From an uncultured Planctomycetales bacterium (GTDB lineage Bacteria; Omnitrophota; Gorgyraeia; Zapsychrales; Fredricksoniimonadaceae), in assembly GCA_964583975.1 (NCBI GenBank), contig CAZOXU010000005.1:2034-66033 (forward strand): DNA of 64,000 bases, read 5' to 3'. The notes under the pieces are model-generated. The model searched no databases. It saw nothing but the letters and a program-made list of their open reading frames with translations, and was not told the DNA's origin. How positions within the stretch are numbered: the first letter of the stretch is position 1; each line of letters opens with the position of its first letter. The translations under genes were made by a program, and so were the position numbers. This document shows, one piece after another, positions 59,969-64,000 of this stretch.

Positions 59969-60610
59969 ATGTCAAGCAAGTCTCTCGTCATTAAACAATA
60001 CGAAATCGGTCCTTTAAATAATTTTCTCTACCTTTTAGGAGATCCAGCTACCAAGGAAATGGCCGTGGTCGATCCAGCTTGGGATGCCACCTTCTTATGC
60101 CGTGAAGCCCAAAATATGGGTTATAAAATCACCAAAGTCTTTTTAACCCATGCGCATCCTGATCACGTCAATGGCCTTGATGAACTTTTACGACAACACG
60201 ATGTGCCCGTTTACATATCCCGACACGAAGCCGCTTTCTTACGCAAAAACCTCAAGAATCTCGTAGATGTGTCTGATAAAGAGAAACTCACTCTAGGCCA
60301 AATATCTTTTGATTGTATTCATACACCAGGACACACTCCAGGCTGCCAATGTTTCCTATCTCAAGGACAGCTTATTTCTGGAGATACTCTCTTTATTGAT
60401 GGATGTGGTCGATGCGATCTGCCTGGCGGGGATGCTAGAATCATGTATAACAGTCTTAATATTATTAAAAAGCTTCCTGATGACATAATTGTCTGGCCTG
60501 GTCACAACTACGGCCCCACCGTTACAGACACCATTGGTCATCAAAAACTTACCAATCCCTACTTACAGGCTTCTAGCATTGAAGAATTTTTGGGCGAACG
60601 AATGGGCTAA
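59969..60610 (+). CDS. MBL-fold metallo-hydrolase (glyoxalase II-like)
   Basis: 213 aa. HAHPDHVNG is the HxHxDH motif, and the downstream His/Asp ligands are GDTLFIDGCGRCDLPGG and HNYG. Confidence 0.85.
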   Translation: MSSKSLVIKQYEIGPLNNFLYLLGDPATKEMAVVDPAWDATFLCREAQNMGYKITKVFLTHAHPDHVNGLDELLRQHDVPVYISRHEAAFLRKNLKNLVDVSDKEKLTLGQISFDCIHTPGHTPGCQCFLSQGQLISGDTLFIDGCGRCDLPGGDARIMYNSLNIIKKLPDDIIVWPGHNYGPTVTDTIGHQKLTNPYLQASSIEEFLGERMG

Positions 60611-63600
60611 ACTTTAGCAGTAGATTCTTGCAATTGTGAGAACATTGGCAGGCTTACAGCAGGTTTGATATCAATAATAATAGGCACCAGACCTTCGATG
60701 TGAATGTTTTCTAAATCTTGCTGACTAATAGGCAATGGCACGCCTGCCCCATCACGCTTAATCTGTAAATTCAAATTCGCTGCGTTAAAATCAATACCAC
60801 CCTTATTAAAATTCTGATCAGCCACCCTCATAGCACCATCTGGATTCTGATTTGTATTTTGATTATATCTACTAACCGCCTCTGCAATATTAGAAGGAAT
60901 TTGCTGACCATCTATTGGATATAATTTATTACTTTTTACAAAATAAAATACCGATTGAGGTCCTTTGTCCGGATTGTCAATTCTACCTAAATTAAAAATC
61001 ATTCCCTCTTCTGAAAGATAATCAAGCCGTATATATTTTCCAGATATTCTTGACAAATTCATTAAATCAAAAATTTGACGATGATTATAGTTAATAACTT
61101 TTTGTGAATCTTGCTCCACATGACGCATAACAATAAAAACATTCTTTGTCACATCTTGAAGTCGAAAGGTTATATTTAAAGTATTATCTTTATTTTTTAG
61201 AGCCCACAACTGAATAAGAAACCGACTCATCTGGGCAAGCCCTTCAATTCTTGTTTCAATTACAACCTTTGAATCTTTTTTAGTAAAACCAATTGTACTA
61301 ATATCACCTATTGCAATCTCTCCTAATTCTTTTAGGTTCGAATCTAATAATACCAATTGTCCTTTTGCATTAGTATGAAGACCCAATGTGAATGTACCAA
61401 TTCTTAAGATAATCGGATCATTTTGATATAAAACTGTAGCAGCTCCGCCCATATCCCCATCATCTCGAATTGCTATAGAATGATATTGCGTGTACTGCAG
61501 ACCATGTTCAACAGATTGAAGCTTTTCAAATTCATTTAGTATTTCTTCATATTTCCTTGTTTCCTCAATGGCGCGCTCATTTGCCCCTCCAAAAACGCTC
61601 CAAACCTTAATTCGAGCTCTTAACACATCAAAATTTCTAACATCCTCAGCTTGAATATCTAGCTGATTATCGGGAATCTCTCGTGTTAAGTATTGCACGT
61701 CATCCCTAGCAACAGATAACAATAAACGTACGGCTCGGATTAATTTATCTTTCGATGCTAAATCATCTTTATTGCTTATAACCCTCTTATTTAATCCTTT
61801 AACAAATGACATTATCTTTATTTCCCAATTTTCCCGCGTCTCTCCACCGTTCATAGCAGAATCAGCGTTTGATGCCGGCTCCACTGGAATAGACCCACTC
61901 GTTGAAGCTATCTCAGACATACTTTTTTCTAAATAGTTACTAAGAGCATCGGTGAATAATTTAACATTACTAGGTGTCAGTAGACTAACACTAATTCCCT
62001 TTTTATCAGAACTAACCCTTGCAATAGGAACTCCAAACCAGAGAAACTGATCATTTTCAAATTTTAATTCTGAATTCAACTGAGCAAGCATATTTATTTG
62101 ATAGTTATCATATAAATATGCATATACAAAATGAGCTATTGAGGCCATAAACTCTTCTGGAGTATTTAACTGGCGCTCTATTTCTTCTAGAAGAGCATCT
62201 GTAACTTTACCCTCAAAGTCTTTTTTATTTGAATCGCGTAAATCTTCTATTGCCTGTCTCATCGCTTTAGCTGTTTCACCACTCGACATTGCTGCATCAC
62301 CTCTTAAATATGCATCTATTCTATCTCTTACATTTAATAAATCTGCTTTGATAGACACCCTTGTAATTCCAGATGCCTCAAAATTATTCATAGCTCGTAA
62401 TTGGCTAACCAAAACTATCTCCCTATTTTTCAACCTAAGCAATTCATTAGCTAAAGTAACTTGAAAAACATTGGAATCAATCTCGCTTATCATTTTCTGT
62501 AACTCTTCATCTTCTTGAAGAAAATCACGAAATCTTTTCTTAAACGTTCCTGCTTGTGGCCCAACGTCAGAGAACATAGATAATATTTGCATTGAATATT
62601 CATCCAAAAGTTTTCTGGTTAAAACCGGATATTCTTTTAATTTCCTAACAATTTCTTGGAAAGATTCTAGCTTATCTTTGGAAATATACATCTTCACGTA
62701 ATCTTTAGCGACCAACTCATTCAATAGAACATCAATTGCACCTCTATTTTTATTTACCCAAATACGCACCTGTTTAGGCAAAGATTTTACTTCTAAATTA
62801 GATGACAAATTATCTAGCCTACTCACTGCTGTTGCCATTGCCATGTCACTGAAGAACACTCTAGTCAAATAATCTGCCAATGCATTAGCAAATTCTTCTT
62901 TACTATAATCTTCCACCTTAACCAACCCTACATTAATACTAGCCACACGAATTCCTAAAAATCTAATGACATCTCTCTCTATTTTTATATTTTCAGGTTT
63001 AAATTTAAAAAAACCTAAATCTAACGTATTTAATAAGAATGTATTAATTCTTTCAGCAAACTTTTTTTGGAAATCATCTGAGTCAATAAAATCTCCTTTA
63101 TACAAAATGAGCCTTAAACTCCCTATAGAACTTTTCATAGAATCTTCCATCTGACGTAAGGACTGAACGGCTTCCAATACTTGACTCTTTACTTTCTCAT
63201 TCCATACAAATCCAACATCCTTATCAGAGACATAATAAGCACCACCATCTCTTAGTAAGATCAATTTATCATCTTCCTCTCTAACTAATTCGATATTATC
63301 AAACTCAATGGAAATCGTATCAAGAATATTACTAGCCTTAATAAAGCTATCCCTCACCTGCAAATCTTGAGCACTAGCAAAAATCTTTGTATTTAAACCT
63401 TTCAATATAACCCTATTCTTTTTATTCTCTAACTCTACTTTGCTACCTAAGTTTGGAATCTTAACGCTATAGATACCTTCTTCTTCAAGAACCAACTTAT
63501 CATTCGCTCTAACAACCATCGCCGCATCAGCCTCAGACTTCTCTGCCAATACAGCTTCAGCAGCATCTAGCTTTCCTGCCTCGGTGATCATAATAGGTCT

Positions 63601-64000
63601 TGCCATGGCAGAATCTGTTGTTGTGCGCATTGCTTTTCCGTATTCATTCTTGGTCCCACCCGAAAAATACTTCCTTGGCATTGGCTGATGCGTGAATTTA
63701 TCGGTGTCTTCTTTAATATAGTTAAATACACCCTTCTTATAAGCTTTGAGGTATTGCTGATAGATCGCTTCGTTGTTCTTTGGGTCTTGGTTAATTCCAT
63801 TAACCTTGGCTTTATCTGCATAAATCTTCCCTAATAAAGATTCTTTCAAAGCACGTTTATACCAGGCTGCTAAAATCATTCCGCTATACACCTGACGAAG
63901 CATGGCAAAATTCTTGCCTTCATTGACTTCTTTTTCAAGGGCTGGAAGAACGATTTCACGGACGATTTGGGAGCCGATTTGATTGGTTTCCGTAGGGGCA
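60607..64000 (-). CDS. Paralogue of the giant secreted modular protein, partial (N-terminus beyond window end)
   Basis: The minus-strand ORF stays open from 64000 down to the stop at 60607; the track's Met at 63903 is internal. The residues read ...TETNQIGSQIVREIVLPALEKEVNEGKNFAM-LRQVYSGMILAAWYKR...KYFSGG. These align to ...NQIGSQIIREIVIPEITKEVNQGKNFAPLRQIYDALILAKWYKE...KYFSGG of the 1687-aa protein. The last ~75 aa also align (GGIDFN...PIIIDIKP against GGIDLN...PVIIDIAP). Confidence 0.8.
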   Translation of the reverse strand, partial: APTETNQIGSQIVREIVLPALEKEVNEGKNFAMLRQVYSGMILAAWYKRALKESLLGKIYADKAKVNGINQDPKNNEAIYQQYLKAYKKGVFNYIKEDTDKFTHQPMPRKYFSGGTKNEYGKAMRTTTDSAMARPIMITEAGKLDAAEAVLAEKSEADAAMVVRANDKLVLEEEGIYSVKIPNLGSKVELENKKNRVILKGLNTKIFASAQDLQVRDSFIKASNILDTISIEFDNIELVREEDDKLILLRDGGAYYVSDKDVGFVWNEKVKSQVLEAVQSLRQMEDSMKSSIGSLRLILYKGDFIDSDDFQKKFAERINTFLLNTLDLGFFKFKPENIKIERDVIRFLGIRVASINVGLVKVEDYSKEEFANALADYLTRVFFSDMAMATAVSRLDNLSSNLEVKSLPKQVRIWVNKNRGAIDVLLNELVAKDYVKMYISKDKLESFQEIVRKLKEYPVLTRKLLDEYSMQILSMFSDVGPQAGTFKKRFRDFLQEDEELQKMISEIDSNVFQVTLANELLRLKNREIVLVSQLRAMNNFEASGITRVSIKADLLNVRDRIDAYLRGDAAMSSGETAKAMRQAIEDLRDSNKKDFEGKVTDALLEEIERQLNTPEEFMASIAHFVYAYLYDNYQINMLAQLNSELKFENDQFLWFGVPIARVSSDKKGISVSLLTPSNVKLFTDALSNYLEKSMSEIASTSGSIPVEPASNADSAMNGGETRENWEIKIMSFVKGLNKRVISNKDDLASKDKLIRAVRLLLSVARDDVQYLTREIPDNQLDIQAEDVRNFDVLRARIKVWSVFGGANERAIEETRKYEEILNEFEKLQSVEHGLQYTQYHSIAIRDDGDMGGAATVLYQNDPIILRIGTFTLGLHTNAKGQLVLLDSNLKELGEIAIGDISTIGFTKKDSKVVIETRIEGLAQMSRFLIQLWALKNKDNTLNITFRLQDVTKNVFIVMRHVEQDSQKVINYNHRQIFDLMNLSRISGKYIRLDYLSEEGMIFNLGRIDNPDKGPQSVFYFVKSNKLYPIDGQQIPSNIAEAVSRYNQNTNQNPDGAMRVADQNFNKGGIDFNAANLNLQIKRDGAGVPLPISQQDLENIHIEGLVPIIIDIKPAVSLPMFSQLQESTAKV

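Overview
This is a gene-dense chromosomal segment of about 60 CDS from an AT-rich bacterium (judged by eye, not computed). Its envelope genes (lgt, lspA, a GT9 heptosyltransferase, YceI, an L,D-transpeptidase) are those of a diderm-type cell. 55 of about 60 genes sit on the minus strand. The ORF track omits ORFs that run off the window edges; I recovered one such gene by hand at 1..2085 (-). Most of the window is housekeeping: a coiled-coil protein followed by murA-mreB-mreC and an ABC transporter; rluD-lgt-lspA-dksA-like-ileS; mtnP-proC-yggS; pdxJ-acpS-nnrD; cdaA; recN; a PPi-type pfk; ppa; an archaeal-type PEP carboxylase; thiC; iscA; trpBA; fur-mntH; and an AddAB-like helicase-nuclease pair. 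The stand-out is two paralogous giant secreted modular proteins, 37107..42170 (complete, 1687 aa) and 60607..>64000 (partial). They share an N-terminal and a C-terminal module around unrelated cores, and one core carries three ~200-aa HEAT-like tandem repeats. The complete copy heads a tightly packed co-directional array: giant protein, small secreted protein, AddA, AddB, CheY-like receiver, L,D-transpeptidase, VanZ. Other points of interest: a GC-rich palindromic mini-element found both inside the giant ORF and in an intergenic terminator; a HigB/HigA-like toxin-antitoxin pair next to a structured 243-bp non-coding gap; two PilZ proteins plus a zinc-ribbon protein next to the c-di-AMP cyclase; an unassigned 611-aa TIM-barrel-like protein next to PEPC; and several apparently leaderless genes. 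I saw no rRNA, tRNA, CRISPR array, transposase or integrase. All calls come from reading the sequence and translations; no database search was possible.
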